Assembly: GCA_030390025.1 (NCBI GenBank)
Contig: JASTWF010000036.1
Location: forward strand, 3,970,001 to 4,034,000
Length of the DNA: 64,000 bases
Direction: 5' to 3'
Source of the DNA: Squalus acanthias
Lineage: Eukaryota
The notes under the pieces were generated by a model that was not told the DNA's origin, ran no database searches, and saw only the letters and a program-made list of their open reading frames with translations. The stretch's first letter is position 1. The number at the start of each line of letters is the position of its first letter. Below are positions 37,465 to 49,169 of this stretch, piece by piece. The translations under genes and the position numbers were made by a program.

Positions 37465-37924
37465 ACATTAAAAATAACAACAGAAAACGCTGGAAAAACT
37501 CAGCAGGCCAGGCAGCATCCGTGGAGAGAGAAACAGAGTTAACGTTTCAGGTCGAAGACCTTTCGTCAGAACTGGAAAAAAGCAGGAAATGAAATAGATT
37601 TAAAGCAAGTATAATGCTGGGAAAAGGGGGAGGGGATGAAAGAACAAAAGGGAAGGTCAGTGATAGGATAGAAAGCAGGAGAGATTAAGAGATATTCAAG
37701 GCAAGAGGAGGTGGTAATGTGACAGGTTGAGGCAAGATGAAGTGTGAAATGCGCTGGCAGAATGAAGGACAGCTGGCAGCTTCTGGGAGGGAAGAAAAGG
37801 GGGGGGGCCAAACAAAAGGGTGGATGAAAAAATAAAATAAAAATATATATATATGTGATAGGGGCCGGGGTTATGATCTGAAATTGTTGAACTCTATGTT
37901 GAGTCCAGAGGGCTGTAGAGTGCC
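37465..37924 (-). mobile_element. Penelope-like element 3' fragment
   Basis: Minus strand encodes GTLQPSGLNIEFNNFRS* (resembles the GIY-YIG C-terminus), followed by a pLTR-like tail with a hammerhead core. Confidence 0.75.
37537..37573 (-). ncRNA. Minimal hammerhead ribozyme motif
   Basis: AGTT-CTGACGA-A-AGGTC-TTC-GACCT-GAAA-CG-TT-AACT: conserved core, stem I AGTT/AACT, stem II, palindromic ACGT in place of stem III. Confidence 0.65.
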
Positions 37925-39455
37925 AGGTATACATTACTGTCTATATACTCGCTCCCAGGTATGTGTTATTCTCTATGTAATCACACTTGCATCTGAGTTC
38001 CCGATGTGTTCTCCCCTCTCATGAAGCTCTTCTAAAAGAACCCGTTCACAATCTTGTCAGAAATACTGAAGAGAGGAGATCTTCTCGAATTGACACAGAT
38101 TCCGGTGGAATCCTTGTCTCCAATATCTGCCTGTGTTCACAAATTCACGCAACGATTTTCCTGTAGAAGAACGACCACTCGAGACCTACATTGACAAAAT
38201 GCTGCACATTCCCGTCCCTTTAATTCCCCAAACTAGATTCTTAGAGTCTGAGCATGCACCTTGCTGACACGTGCAGAAACAACTGGGGCAGATGTTCTCA
38301 GGTCACGGTTGGTGATGTCATCACACCCGCTGAAAATAAAATGCTCTATTTTTTGACACAACTTAAGGAGCCACAATAGGCTAGTGTCAACTGATAAATT
38401 CAAACACAGAAAAATTGCTTCTAATCTCTTCACTGCAAGCACAAACACTTGGGAATCCTGACAGGACTTTTTTTTCTTCCTAAAGTGTGTCATTCCTCTC
38501 TTCCCTTAGGCTATTTGTTCTTTCATATGGTCTTCCCAAGAGAAAGAAATGGCACTGCATAATCACTCAAGGACAAAGGGGGCAAAAATCCTTCAACGTA
38601 ACAGTACGACATATAGGATGGAGGCTGGCCGGCAGAGTTACAAGGCAATAACTGACTCTGAGGACATAAACAATAGGACTGCAACTTAAAGGAGAAGGAA
38701 AATCTCAGGAGAGTACAGTAGAAACATAGAAAAATAGGAGCAGGAGTAGGCCATTCGGCCCTTCGAGCCTGCTCCGCCATTCAATATGATCATGGCTGAT
38801 CCTCTATCTCAATACCATATTCCCGCTCTCTCCCCATACCCCTTGATGCTTTTTGTATCTAGAAATCTATCTATCTCCTTCTTAAATATATTCAGTGACT
38901 TGGCCTCCACAGCCTTCTGTGGTAGAGAATTCCACAGGTTCACCACCCTCTGAGTGAAGAAATTTCTCCTCATCTCAGTCCTAAATGTCCTACCCCGTAT
39001 CCTGAGACTGTGACCCCTCGTTCTCGGCCCCCCAGCCAGGGAAAACATCCTCCCTGCATCCAGTCTGTCTAGCCCTGTCAGAATTTTATACGTTTCAATG
39101 AGATCCCCTCTCATTCTTCCAAACTCTAGTGAATACAGGCCTAGTCGACCCAATCTCTCCTCATACGACAGTCCTGCCATCCCAGGAATCAGTCTGGTGA
39201 ACCTTCGCTGCACTCCCTAAGAACATAACATAAGAACATAAGAAATAGGAGCAGGAGTAGGCCAATCGGCCCCTCGAGCCTGCTCCGCCATTCAATAAGA
39301 TCATGGCTGATCTGATCCTAACCGCCAATCTACTATCACAGAACCATCTCCTGCATCTAACAGAATTGCACACACGAAATAGCAGCAGAATCAGGCTACA
39401 CGGTCCCTGGGCCCGCTCCACTACCCACAGGGCCATGACCGATCCGAACCTAGAC

Positions 39456-42407
39456 TCATGTCCAAATTCCTGCCCGCTCCCCGTAACCCTTAATGCCCTT
39501 TACTTCTAGGAAACTGTCTATTTCTGTTTTAAATTTATTTAATGATGTAGCTTCTACAGCTTTTTGTGGCAGCATATTCCATGGACCTACCACCCTCTGA
39601 GTGAAGTAGTTCCTCCTCATCTCAGTTTTGAAAGAGCAGCCCCTTATTCTAAGACTATGTCCCCTAGTTCTAGTCTCACCCGTCATCGGGAACATCCTCC
39701 CCGCATCCACCCGATCCAACCCCTTCACAATCTTATATGTTTCAATAAGATCGCCTCTCATTCTTCTGAACTCCAATGAGTAGAGTCCCAATCTACACAA
39801 CCTATCCTCATATGACCACCCCCTCATCCCCGGGATTAACCGAGTGAACCTTTTTTGCACTGCCTCGAGAGCAAGGATGTCTTTCCTTAAGTAAGGACAC
39901 CAAAACTGTATGCAGTATTCCAGGTGCGGTCTCACCAATACCTTGTACAACTGAAGCAATACCTCCCTATTTTTATATTCTATCCCCCTAGCAATGAAAG
40001 CCAACATTCCATTTGCCTTCTTAATCACTTGCTGCACCTGCATACTAACCTTTTGAGTTTCGTGCACCAGGACCCCCAGATCCCTTTGCACTTCAGTACT
40101 CTCCAGTTTCTTGCCATTAAGATAATAAATTGCTCTAGGATTTTTCCTGCCAAAGTGCATCACCTCACACTTTCCAGTGTTGTATTCCATCTGCCAAATC
40201 TCTGCCCACTTACTTAGCCTTTCTATGTCCCCTTGCAGGTTTTTTATGTCCTCCTCACTCACTACTTTCCCTCCCATCTTTGTATCATCTGCAAATTTTG
40301 ATATGTTACACTTGGTCCCTTCCTCCAAATCGTTAATATAGATTGTAAAGAGTTGGGGACCCAGCACTGACCCCTGTGGAACACCACTAGTTACTGATTG
40401 CCAGTCTGAGAATGAACCATTTATCCCAACTCTTTGCTTTCTGTTAGATAGCCAATCCTCTATCCATGCCAGAATATTACCCCCAATCCCGTGATTTTTT
40501 ACCTTAAGCAATAATCTTTTATGTGGCACCTTGTCAAATGCCTTTTGGAAGTCTAAATACACTACGTCCACTGGTTCCCCTTTATCCACTCTATATGTTA
40601 CTTCCTCAAAGAACTCCAGCAAATTTGTCAAACATGACTTCCCCTTCGTAAAACCATGCTGACTTTGTCCTATTAAATTATGATTATCCAAATGTCCTGT
40701 TACTGTTTCCTTAATAATGGACTCCAAAATTTTACCTACCACAGATGTTAGGCTAACCGGTCTATAGTTACCAGCCTTCTGTCTACTGCCCTTTTTAAAT
40801 AAGGGTGTTACATTAGCAGTTTTCCAGTCTGCCGGGACCTTAGCGGAATCCAGGGAGTTTTGAAAAATTATTATCAATGCATCTACAATCCCTACCGCCA
40901 CTTCCTTCAAGACTCTAGGATGTAAGCCATCAGGTCCAGGTGATTTATCCGCCTTGAGTCCCATTATTTTACCGAGTACCACTTCCTTAGTGATTTTGAT
41001 CGTGTTTAGCTCTTCTCCCCCTATAGCCCCCTGTTTGTCCAGTGTTGGGATATTCTTAGTGTCCTCTACTGTAAAGACTGATACAAAATATTCATTCAGT
41101 GTTTTTGCCATCTCCATATTTCCCAACATTAATTTCCCGGTCTCATCCTCTAAGGGACCAACATTTACTTTAGCCACCCTTTTTCTTTTTATATAACTAT
41201 AAAAACTCTTACTATCTGTTTTTATATTTTTTGCTAATTTACTTTCATAATCTATCTTCCCTTTCTTAATCAATCTTTTTGTTATTTTTTGCTGCCTTTT
41301 AAAGTTTTCCCAATCCTCTGTCCTCCCACTAGATTTCGCTACCTTATATGCCCTTGTTTTTAGTCGAATACTATCCTTAATTTCTTTACTTAGCCACGGA
41401 TGACTGTCCTTTCTTTTACACCCTTTTCTTTTCAGTGGAATATATATTTTTTGGAAGTTGTAAAATAACTCCTTGAATGTACACCACTGATCCTGTGTCG
41501 TCTTACCCTTTAATCTATTTTCCCAATCCACTCTACTCAATTCCGCTCGCATACCTTCATAGTCTCCTTTATTCAAGCTTAGCACGCTTGTTTGAGATCC
41601 AACCTTCTCACCCTCTAATTGAATATGGAACTCAACCATGTTATGGTCACTCATTCCAAGGGGATCCTTTACTAGGACATTTTTAATTAATCCTGTCTCG
41701 TTACACAGGACCAGATCTAAGGTTGCTTGCCCCCTGGTCGGTTCAGTTACATACTGCTCAAGAAACCCATCCCTAATACACTCAATGAACTCATCCTCAA
41801 GGCAGCCCTGCCCCATTTGATTTGTCCAATTAATATGATAGTTAAAATCCCCCATAATTATAGATGTTCCCTTATTACATGCCTCAACTATTTCCTGATT
41901 GATACTCCGTCCAACAGAGTTGCAACTGTTCGGAGGCCTATAGACTACGCCCACTAGTGTTTTTTTCCCCTTATTATTCCTTATCTCCACCCAAACTGTT
42001 TCATTATCATGATTTTTTGACCCAATATCATTACTCTGTATTACAGTGATTCCTTCCTTTATTAACACAGCCACCCCACCTCCCCTTCCTTCCTGCCTGT
42101 CCTTCCTGATCGTTAAATAACCTGGTATGTTTAATTCCCAGGCATTGTCACCCTGCAGCCATGTTTCTGTAATGGCCACAATATCATAACCATATGTAGT
42201 TATTTGTGCCATTAACTCGTCTATTTTGTTACGAATGCTACGTGCATTCAGATAGAGAACTTTCAAATATGCTTTGTGGCACTTAGTTCCTGCTTTTTCA
42301 CTTTTTACCACTTTACCTTTTACTCCACACACTCTGTCCCTTCCTGCCACGCTCTGATTTGTGATTCCCCTACTGCTACCTATGTCTATGACCCTCTCTG
42401 TTGTCAT
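39456..42407 (-). CDS. CR1 ORF2: APE endonuclease + reverse transcriptase, 983 aa, intact
   Basis: YLNARS, AITETW, VYRPP, MGDFN, SDH; YRPVSLTS, YLDFQKAFDKV, VPQGSVLGP, KFADDTK. Confidence 0.95.
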   Translation of the reverse strand: MTTERVIDIGSSRGITNQSVAGRDRVCGVKGKVVKSEKAGTKCHKAYLKVLYLNARSIRNKIDELMAQITTYGYDIVAITETWLQGDNAWELNIPGYLTIRKDRQEGRGGGVAVLIKEGITVIQSNDIGSKNHDNETVWVEIRNNKGKKTLVGVVYRPPNSCNSVGRSINQEIVEACNKGTSIIMGDFNYHINWTNQMGQGCLEDEFIECIRDGFLEQYVTEPTRGQATLDLVLCNETGLIKNVLVKDPLGMSDHNMVEFHIQLEGEKVGSQTSVLSLNKGDYEGMRAELSRVDWENRLKGKTTQDQWCTFKELFYNFQKIYIPLKRKGCKRKDSHPWLSKEIKDSIRLKTRAYKVAKSSGRTEDWENFKRQQKITKRLIKKGKIDYESKLAKNIKTDSKSFYSYIKRKRVAKVNVGPLEDETGKLMLGNMEMAKTLNEYFVSVFTVEDTKNIPTLDKQGAIGGEELNTIKITKEVVLGKIMGLKADKSPGPDGLHPRVLKEVAVGIVDALIIIFQNSLDSAKVPADWKTANVTPLFKKGSRQKAGNYRPVSLTSVVGKILESIIKETVTGHLDNHNLIGQSQHGFTKGKSCLTNLLEFFEEVTYRVDKGEPVDVVYLDFQKAFDKVPHKRLLLKVKNHGIGGNILAWIEDWLSNRKQRVGINGSFSDWQSVTSGVPQGSVLGPQLFTIYINDLEEGTKCNISKFADDTKMGGKVVSEEDIKNLQGDIERLSKWAEIWQMEYNTGKCEVMHFGRKNPRAIYYLNGKKLESTEVQRDLGVLVHETQKVSMQVQQVIKKANGMLAFIARGIEYKNREVLLQLYKVLVRPHLEYCIQFWCPYLRKDILALEAVQKRFTRLIPGMRGWSYEDRLCRLGLYSLEFRRMRGDLIETYKIVKGLDRVDAGRMFPMTGETRTRGHSLRIRGCSFKTEMRRNYFTQRVVGPWNMLPQKAVEATSLNKFKTEIDSFLEVKGIKGYGERAGIWT

Positions 42408-42445
42408 TTTTATTTTTTGCTCTCTTGAAACCTCCCCCCCACTAA

Positions 42446-43298
42446 TTAGTTTAAAGCCCTCTCCACAGCCCTAGTTATTCGATTCGCCAGGACACTAGTC
42501 CCAGCACTGGCCAAGTGAAGTCCGTCCCAACGGAACAGCTCTCTCCTGCCCCAGTACTGGTGCCAGTGTCCCAAGAAGCAAAACCCATTTTTCCCACACC
42601 AGTCTTTGAGCCACGCATTCAACTCCCTGATTTTATTTACCCTAGCCAAATTTGCTCGTGGCTCAGGTAGTAATCCAGAGATTATTACCCTCGAGGTTCT
42701 GCTTTTTAATTTGGCCCCTAGCTGCTCAAACTCCCTCAGCAGAACCTCTTTCCTTGTCCTATCTATGTCATTGGTACCAACATGGACCACGACAACTGGA
42801 TCCTCCCCCTCCCACTCCAAGTTTCTCTCCAGCCCAGAGGAGATGTCCTTAACCCTGGCACCGGGCAGGCAACACAGCCTTCGGGACTCTCGCTCTTGGC
42901 TGCAAAGAACCCTATCTATCCCCCTAATGATACTATCCCCTACCACTACAACATTTCTTTTTACTCCCCCCACTTGAATGGCCCCCCTTACCACGGTGCT
43001 GTGGCCAGGTTGCTCATCCTCCCTGCAGTCCCCGCTCCTATCCACACAGGGAGTAAGAGCCTCGAACCTGTTGGACAAGAGCAAGGGCTGCGGCTCCTCC
43101 AACACTACCTCCTGGATCCCTGTACCTGCCTCACTCGGAGTCACACCTTCCTGTCCCTGACCACGGGCTACTTCTGAATTAGTTACTCTAATTGGTGTGA
43201 CTACCTCCTGAAACACGGAGTCCAGGTAACTCTCCCCCTCCCTGATGTGTCGCAGTGTTTGAAGCTCGGACTCCAGCTCATCAACACGGAGCCGGAGT
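42446..43298 (-). CDS. CR1 ORF1, SGNH-hydrolase (esterase) domain, N-terminus missing
   Basis: VVGDSIIR, CLPGA, VHVGTND, DGLH blocks; upstream coiled-coil-like ELRLRVDELESELQTL in the same frame. Confidence 0.88.
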
Positions 43299-44980
43299 TC
43301 CCTCTATGGCAAGTATATCCTTTCTTAGGTAAGGAGACCCACTGTCTCTTTAAAAAGATATACATTTATAAAGAGTATCCTTTTGATATTTATAAAAACA
43401 TTTTAAATTTCATACCTCAGTGGAGACCCACTATTTTGAGTTTCCTTGCAACCAAGCAGTGCCATTGATATAATTGACGGGAAGAATGAGCAAGCATCCC
43501 AGAAAGGTTCCATTTACGTTAACAGGGGCCACGACTTTACTTTGGACTTGGAGCTGATCCAGAGTTGTCTAATGCTGGACGAACACACTGGCGGTGGAGT
43601 ACGCTACCTACTCAGTTGGCAGTGTGCTTTCCATGGGGAATGGGCAGCTGTAGACCGGCTGCCAGGCCAGTCCAAAGTCACGATCCCTGTTAAAATTAAG
43701 GGAGCAGTTCTGGAATGCATGCGGCTCCTCCCTGTAAGTGACCTCACCGCAGCCTGGAGGCAAGGAGATCCGAAATGGCAATGAGGACAATTTGCTCACA
43801 TGTAGGGTAAATGCCAACACAGGCTGGTTGGGCTGAATGGCCTGTTTCCGTGTTGTAATTCTATGTATTTCTATGTAAGTGGCTCTCATCTTCCGGCCGC
43901 TAACTCTTGGGATGGAGCACTTCTTGCGGGCCTCGCTGGTAAGGCTGCCATTTATTGCCAGTCCCTAGTTGCCCTGAGAAGGTGGAGGTGAGCCAACTAA
44001 ATGGCTTACTTGGCCACTTCTGAGGGCAGTTATGAGTCAACCATGTTGGTGTGGGTCTGGAGTCACATATAGGCCAGACCGGGTAAGGACAGCAGATTTC
44101 CTTCCCTAAAGGACATTAGTGAACCAGTTGGGTTTTATTGAGCTACATGGGCAGCCTGGCCCTGCCTTCTTTCTGCAACATGTGCCAACATCTGAGGGGG
44201 CTGGTGGGAGGGTGTACACGTGCTGCTTTCCCGAGAGACAGCAAAATCATCCGTGCCCACTCATGCCATGCCACTACCACTGGGCACTGGCTCTGCATGG
44301 CCAGAAAGCAGACCTAATGGTGCCAATGAGATCAGAGAAGTCCTACCTCAAGGTTGTCTGTCTGCCAGCAACAAGTGGAAAATCTAGGCTGAAGTTTCTG
44401 GAGGAGGGATTCATAATGTGGTCCCTTAAAGTACTGAAGGAAGCATTTAAAAAGGAAATTTGGTTTCTTCTCGGGACCAAAATCTCTTGAAAGGTTTCAG
44501 AATTCATCTGATGTCTTCCTCCCAGAATGAATTGGTCGGCCTCTTACAACTGTGAGGTGGTTTTAGATGCTAAATAGTACGTGTGAATAACTAATTATCC
44601 CAGACTCGACTATTCCAATGTTCTCTTTGGTTTCAAATCCCTCCGTGGCCTCGCCCCTCGCTATTTCTGTAACCTCCTCCAGCCCTACAACCCTCCGAGA
44701 TCTCTGCGCTCCTCCTATTCTGGCCTCTTGCGCATCCCCGATTTTCATCGTTCCACCATTGACGGCTGTGCTTTCAGCTGCCAAGGCCCTAAGCTCTGGA
44801 ATTCCCTCCCTAAACCTCTCTGGCCCTCTCCACTGCTTTCTCCTCCTTTAAGACAGTCCTTCAAACCTACCTCTTTAACCAAGCTTTTGGTCACCTACCC
44901 TAATATCTCCTTATGTGGCTTGGTGGCAAATTTAGTTTGATAATCGCTCCTGTGAAGCGCCTTGGGCTGTTTACTACAGT

Positions 44981-46762
44981 AAAGAAAGACTTGCATTTCT
45001 ATAGCGCCTTTCACAACCACCGGACATCTCAAAGCGCTTTACAACCAATGAAGTACTTTTGGAGTGTGGTCACTGTTGTAATGTGGGAAACGCAGCAGCC
45101 AATTTGCACACAGCAAGCTCCCACAAACAGCAATGTGATAATGACCAGATCATCTGTTTTTGTTATGTTGATTTGAGGGATAAATATTGTCCAGGACACT
45201 GGGGAGAACTGCCCTGCTCTTCTTCAAAATAGTGCCGCAGGATCTTTTACATCCACCTGAGAGAGCAGACGGGGCCTCGGTTTAAAGCTCATCCGAAAGA
45301 CAGCACCTCCGACAGTGCAGCACTCCCACAGCACCGCCCCTCCGACACAGTGCAGCGCTCCCTCAGTACCGCCCCTCCGACAGTGCAGCGCTCCCTCAGC
45401 ACCGCCCCTCCGACAGTGCAGCGCTCCCTCAGCACCGCTCCTCCGACAGTGCAGCGCTCCCTCAGTACTGCCCCTCTGACACAGTGCAGCACTCCCTCAG
45501 TACTGTCCCTCCGACAGTGCAGCACTCCCTCAGTACTGCCCCTCTGACAGTGCGGCACTCCCTCAGTACTGCCCCTCTGACAGTGCGGCGCTCCCTCAGC
45601 ACCGCCCCTCCGACAGTGCAGCGCTCCCTCAGCACCGCCCCTCCGACAGTGCAGCACTCCCTCAGCACCGCCCCTCCGACAGTGCAGCACTCCCTCAGCA
45701 CCGCCCCTCCGACAGTGCAGCGCTCCCTCAGCACCGCCCCTCCGACACAGTGCGGCGCTCCCTCAGTACTGCCCCTCCGACAGTGCAGCACTCCCTCAGT
45801 ACTGCCCCTCCGACAGTGCAGCACTCTCTCAGTACTGCCCCTCCGACACAGTGCAGCGCTCCCTCAGTACCGCCCCTCCGACAGTGCAGCACTCCCTTAG
45901 CACCGCCCCTCCGACACAGTGCAGCACTCCCTCAGTACTGCCCCTCCGACAGTGCAGCACTCCCTCAGCACCGCCCCTCCGACAGTGCAGCACTCTCTCA
46001 GTACTGCCCCTCCGACAGTGTAGCACTCCCTCAGCACCGCCCCTCCGACAGTGCAGCACTCTCTCAGTACTGCCCCTCCGACACAGTGCAGCACTCCCTC
46101 AGCACCGCCCCTCCGACAGTGCGGCGCTCCCTCAGTACCGCCCCTCCGACAGTGCGGCACTCCCTCAGCACGGCCCCTCCGACAGTGCGGCCCTCCCTCA
46201 GTACCGACCCTCCGACACAGTGCGGCGCTCCCTCAGCACCGCCCCTCCGACAGTGCAGCGCTCCCTCAGTACTGCCCCTCCGACACAGTGCGGCACTCCC
46301 TCAGCACCGCCCCTCCGACAGCGCAGCGCTCCCTCAGTACTGCCCCTCCGACACAGTGCGGCACTCCCTCAGCACCGCCCCTCCGACAGTGCAGCACTCC
46401 CTCAGCACCGCCCCTCCGACAGTGCAGCACTCCCTCAGCCCGGCCCCTCCGACAGTGCAGCACTCCCTCAGTACTGCCCCTCCGACACAGTGCGGCGCTC
46501 CCTCAGTACTGCCCCTCCGACACAGTGCGGCACTCCCTCAGCACCGCCCCTCCGACAGTGCAGCACTCCCTCAGCACCGCCCCTCCGACAGCGCAGCGCT
46601 CCCTCAGTACTGACCCTCCGACAGTGCAGCACTCCCTCAGCACCGCCCCTCCGACAGTGCAGCACTCCATCAGCACTGCACTGGAGTCCCTGGAGTGGGA
46701 CTTGAACCCACAACCTTCTTGACTCAGAAGCGAGGGTGCTACCCACTGAGTCACAGCTGACA
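44981..46762 (-). mobile_element. Full-length Deu-SINE with an internal minisatellite expansion
   Basis: tRNA head at 46680-46762, body and tail at 44981-45305. Confidence 0.85.
45305..46680. repeat. 33/35-bp minisatellite derived from the SINE, ~40 copies
   Basis: Unit CCTCCGAC(AC)AGTGCAGCACTCCCTCAGYACYGCC. Confidence 0.95.
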
Positions 46763-47547
46763 AAGTTAAAGGTGCTATATAAATGCAAGTTGTTGTTGTT
46801 GAACTTACGTTTCAAGATTTAACTTTTTTTTACAGAGGAAAATGCCCACATGGAGCTGAGTTCTCCATCACTGACTCACTGAACTCTTTCCTCCCCACAG
46901 TGAAATCCAGCCAGTGACCTTCGTGCACAATACTCTGCAGCAGTTGTGGTTTGCAAAAAATGCCAACAGATCTCATGTGGCATTGAACACAGTGAGCTGG
47001 AGGATTTGCTGTTTTATAACAATAGTGGTGTTTATACCATGTAAAGGGATAAAATCAGGGTCACTGTGACTGAATAAATCAAATTCTGTTTTTATTAAAC
47101 GGGATGTTAGGATTTTTACTGGTGCTTTGGGGATTTGAATTCCACAACTCTGCTCATTATTCTGTGAAATCATAAATGATCTTTAATAACAAAGATATTT
47201 GTATATGGACAAGGTCAGAAATGTTCCAGGAATGTTGTTGTTTTAAAAAAAAACCCCGCAAGACCATTCGTTCCAGAATTATTAATTTCCTTTTTCCTGT
47301 CGTGTGGTATTGCTGTAATTTTCGAATGTACCAGAAAACCTAATCCACAGTCTGCGATTTTTTTTCCCCCCCACTTTTTTTCCCTTCCTCTCATGATTTA
47401 GTGAAGTACGGTTCAACAGATGCCAGCAGCCCTCTGGTACCATACCTTGACAATGAGTATTGACAGGACATTTGGGATGCTCGACAACAGAGATCAACCT
47501 CATCCTCACCGAACATCCCCACCACAGGGGCCACTGGATAGTCATTA

Positions 47548-47990
47548 ACAACAACACCTTGTATTTATATAGCGCCTTTAATGTAGTAAAACGTCCCAAG
47601 GCGCTTCACAGGAGCGATTATCAGACAAAACGTGACACCGAGCCACAGAAGGAGATATTAGGACAGGCAACCAAAAGCTTGGTCAAAGTGGTAGGTTTTA
47701 AAGAGTGTCTTAAAGGATGAGAGAGAGGTGGAGAGGTTTAGGCAGGGAATTCCAGATCTTAGAGCCTAGACAGCTGAAGGCACGGCCCCCAATGGTGGAG
47801 CGATGGAAATCGGGGGTGCTCAAGAGGCCAGAATTGGAGGAACGCAGAGATCTTGGAGGTTTGTAGGCCTGAAGGAGATTACAGAGATAGGGAGGGGCGA
47901 GGCCATGGAGGGATTTGAACACAAGGATGAGAATTTTAAAATCGAGGCATTGCCGGATCAGGTACCAATGTAGGTCAGTGAGTACAGAAC
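47548..47990 (-). mobile_element. L2 3' fragment
   Basis: FKSLHGLAPPYLCNLLQAYKPPRSLRSSNSGLL. Confidence 0.85.
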
Positions 47991-48214
47991 ATGTCGGACG
48001 GTTTTTGAAAAGATTAGATCGGAATTATGCAAAGCAAAATGTCAATTTTTTCCCCCCCAAGACCTAAAACTAAAAAGGTGACTAAAATTTGGAAACAAAA
48101 GGAAACGAGGGCTTAATTTCTTATGAAGAGCAAAGCTTGCAGTCCAGAGATGAGACTAAAATCAAAGTGAAAATCATCTCTGGAACTAAAATGATCCGGA
48201 TGAAATATAAAACG

Positions 48215-48648
48215 AAAAGCAAAATACTGCGGATGCTGGAAATCTGAAATAAAAACCAAAAATGCTGGAAACACTCAGCAGGTCAGGCAGCATCTGTGGA
48301 GAGAGAAACAGAGTTAACGTTTCAGGTCTGTGACCTTTTTATATTCATTCTCGGCATATGGGCATCACTGGCCAGGCCAGCATTTATTGCCGATCCCTAG
48401 TTGCCCTTGAGAAGGTGGTGGTGAGCCGCCGCCTTGAACCGCTGCAGTCCGTGTGGTGAAGGTGCTCCCACAGTGCTGTTAGGGAGGGAGTTCCAGGATT
48501 TTGACCCATCGACGATGAAGAAACAGCGAAATATCTCCTTTTGCTAGCTCTGATGAAAGGTCAGCAATCTGAAAGGTTAACTCTGTTTCTCTCTGCACAG
48601 ATTCTGCCTGACTGGCTGAGTGTTTCCTGCATTTTTTTTTATTTCCGA
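48215..48648. mobile_element. Inverted pair of Penelope-type tails with a family-B LINE fragment (~48340-48535) between them
   Basis: Left arm matches 37480-37563 in the same orientation; right arm is its reverse complement and includes CTGATGAAAGGTCAGCAATCTGAAA. Confidence 0.7.
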
Positions 48649-48809
48649 TGAATTGTAACGTTGGATAAAACTGTGGAATGAGAAAAGTTCGATGAGTACA
48701 TCAAAGTCCTCTCCTTCTTACAGACCATGCCCAGTTTTTGCTGTACTTGACTTACCTCAACCCGTTTCATCGCCTGAGCAAGCTGAATAAGTACAGATCA
48801 AACTTTTGA

Positions 48810-49104
48810 GAAACATAGAAACATAGAAACATAGAAACATAGAATCTAGGAGCAGGAGTAGGCCATTCGGCCCGTCGAGCCTGCTCCGCCATTCAATACG
48901 ATCATGGCTGATCATCCAAATCCAGTACCCTGTCCCTGCTTTAATCTCCACAGTACACATATCCCACCCTACCCCCGTAACCCCACGTATTTAATTCCCC
49001 CTAACATATCCCATCCTATCCCCATAACCCCACATATTTAATCCCCCTAACACTAAGGGTCAATTTATCATAGCCAAATCAACCTAACCCACACATTTTT
49101 GGAC
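48810..49104 (-). mobile_element. HE1-like SINE, 5'-truncated
   Basis: Matches 5984-6255; (AGAAACAT)n tail. Confidence 0.8.
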
Positions 49105-49169
49105 AAGTTCTTGTGAAATGTCTCCACGTCCCCTGAAAGCAATCGGACAAAACCTGTAGGATATCAATT

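Larger units (their letters stand above)
37242..37982. repeat. 64-bp tandem repeat interrupted by a Penelope fragment
   Basis: TGTTATTCTCT recurs at 37242, 37306, 37370, 37434; unit resumes at ~37923. Confidence 0.85.
39219..43298 (-). mobile_element. Near full-length CR1 LINE (truncated within ORF1)
   Basis: ORF1 + intact ORF2 + 3' UTR ending in TTCTTATG repeats. Confidence 0.93.
38720..43340 (-). mobile_element. Older CR1 3' fragment (38720-39218 and 43299-43340) hosting the long CR1
   Basis: CCTTCGCTGCACTCCCT rejoins CTATGGCAAGTATATCC across the insertion; TCCCT on both sides. Confidence 0.8.
44620..46800 (+). mobile_element. L2 3' fragment split by the SINE/minisatellite
   Basis: IPDFHRSTIDGCAFSCQGPKLWNSLP; tail resumes at ~46765 GTTAAAGGTGCTATATAAATGCAAGTTGTTG. 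Confidence 0.75.

Noticed and set aside
43446..43784. 112-aa ORF as a host exon
   Set aside because: No recognisable domain; it overlaps an imperfect inverted repeat (~43519-43693) that looks like a small MITE
45289..46815. Long Pro/Ser/Gln-rich ORFs
   Set aside because: Translations of the SINE-derived minisatellite
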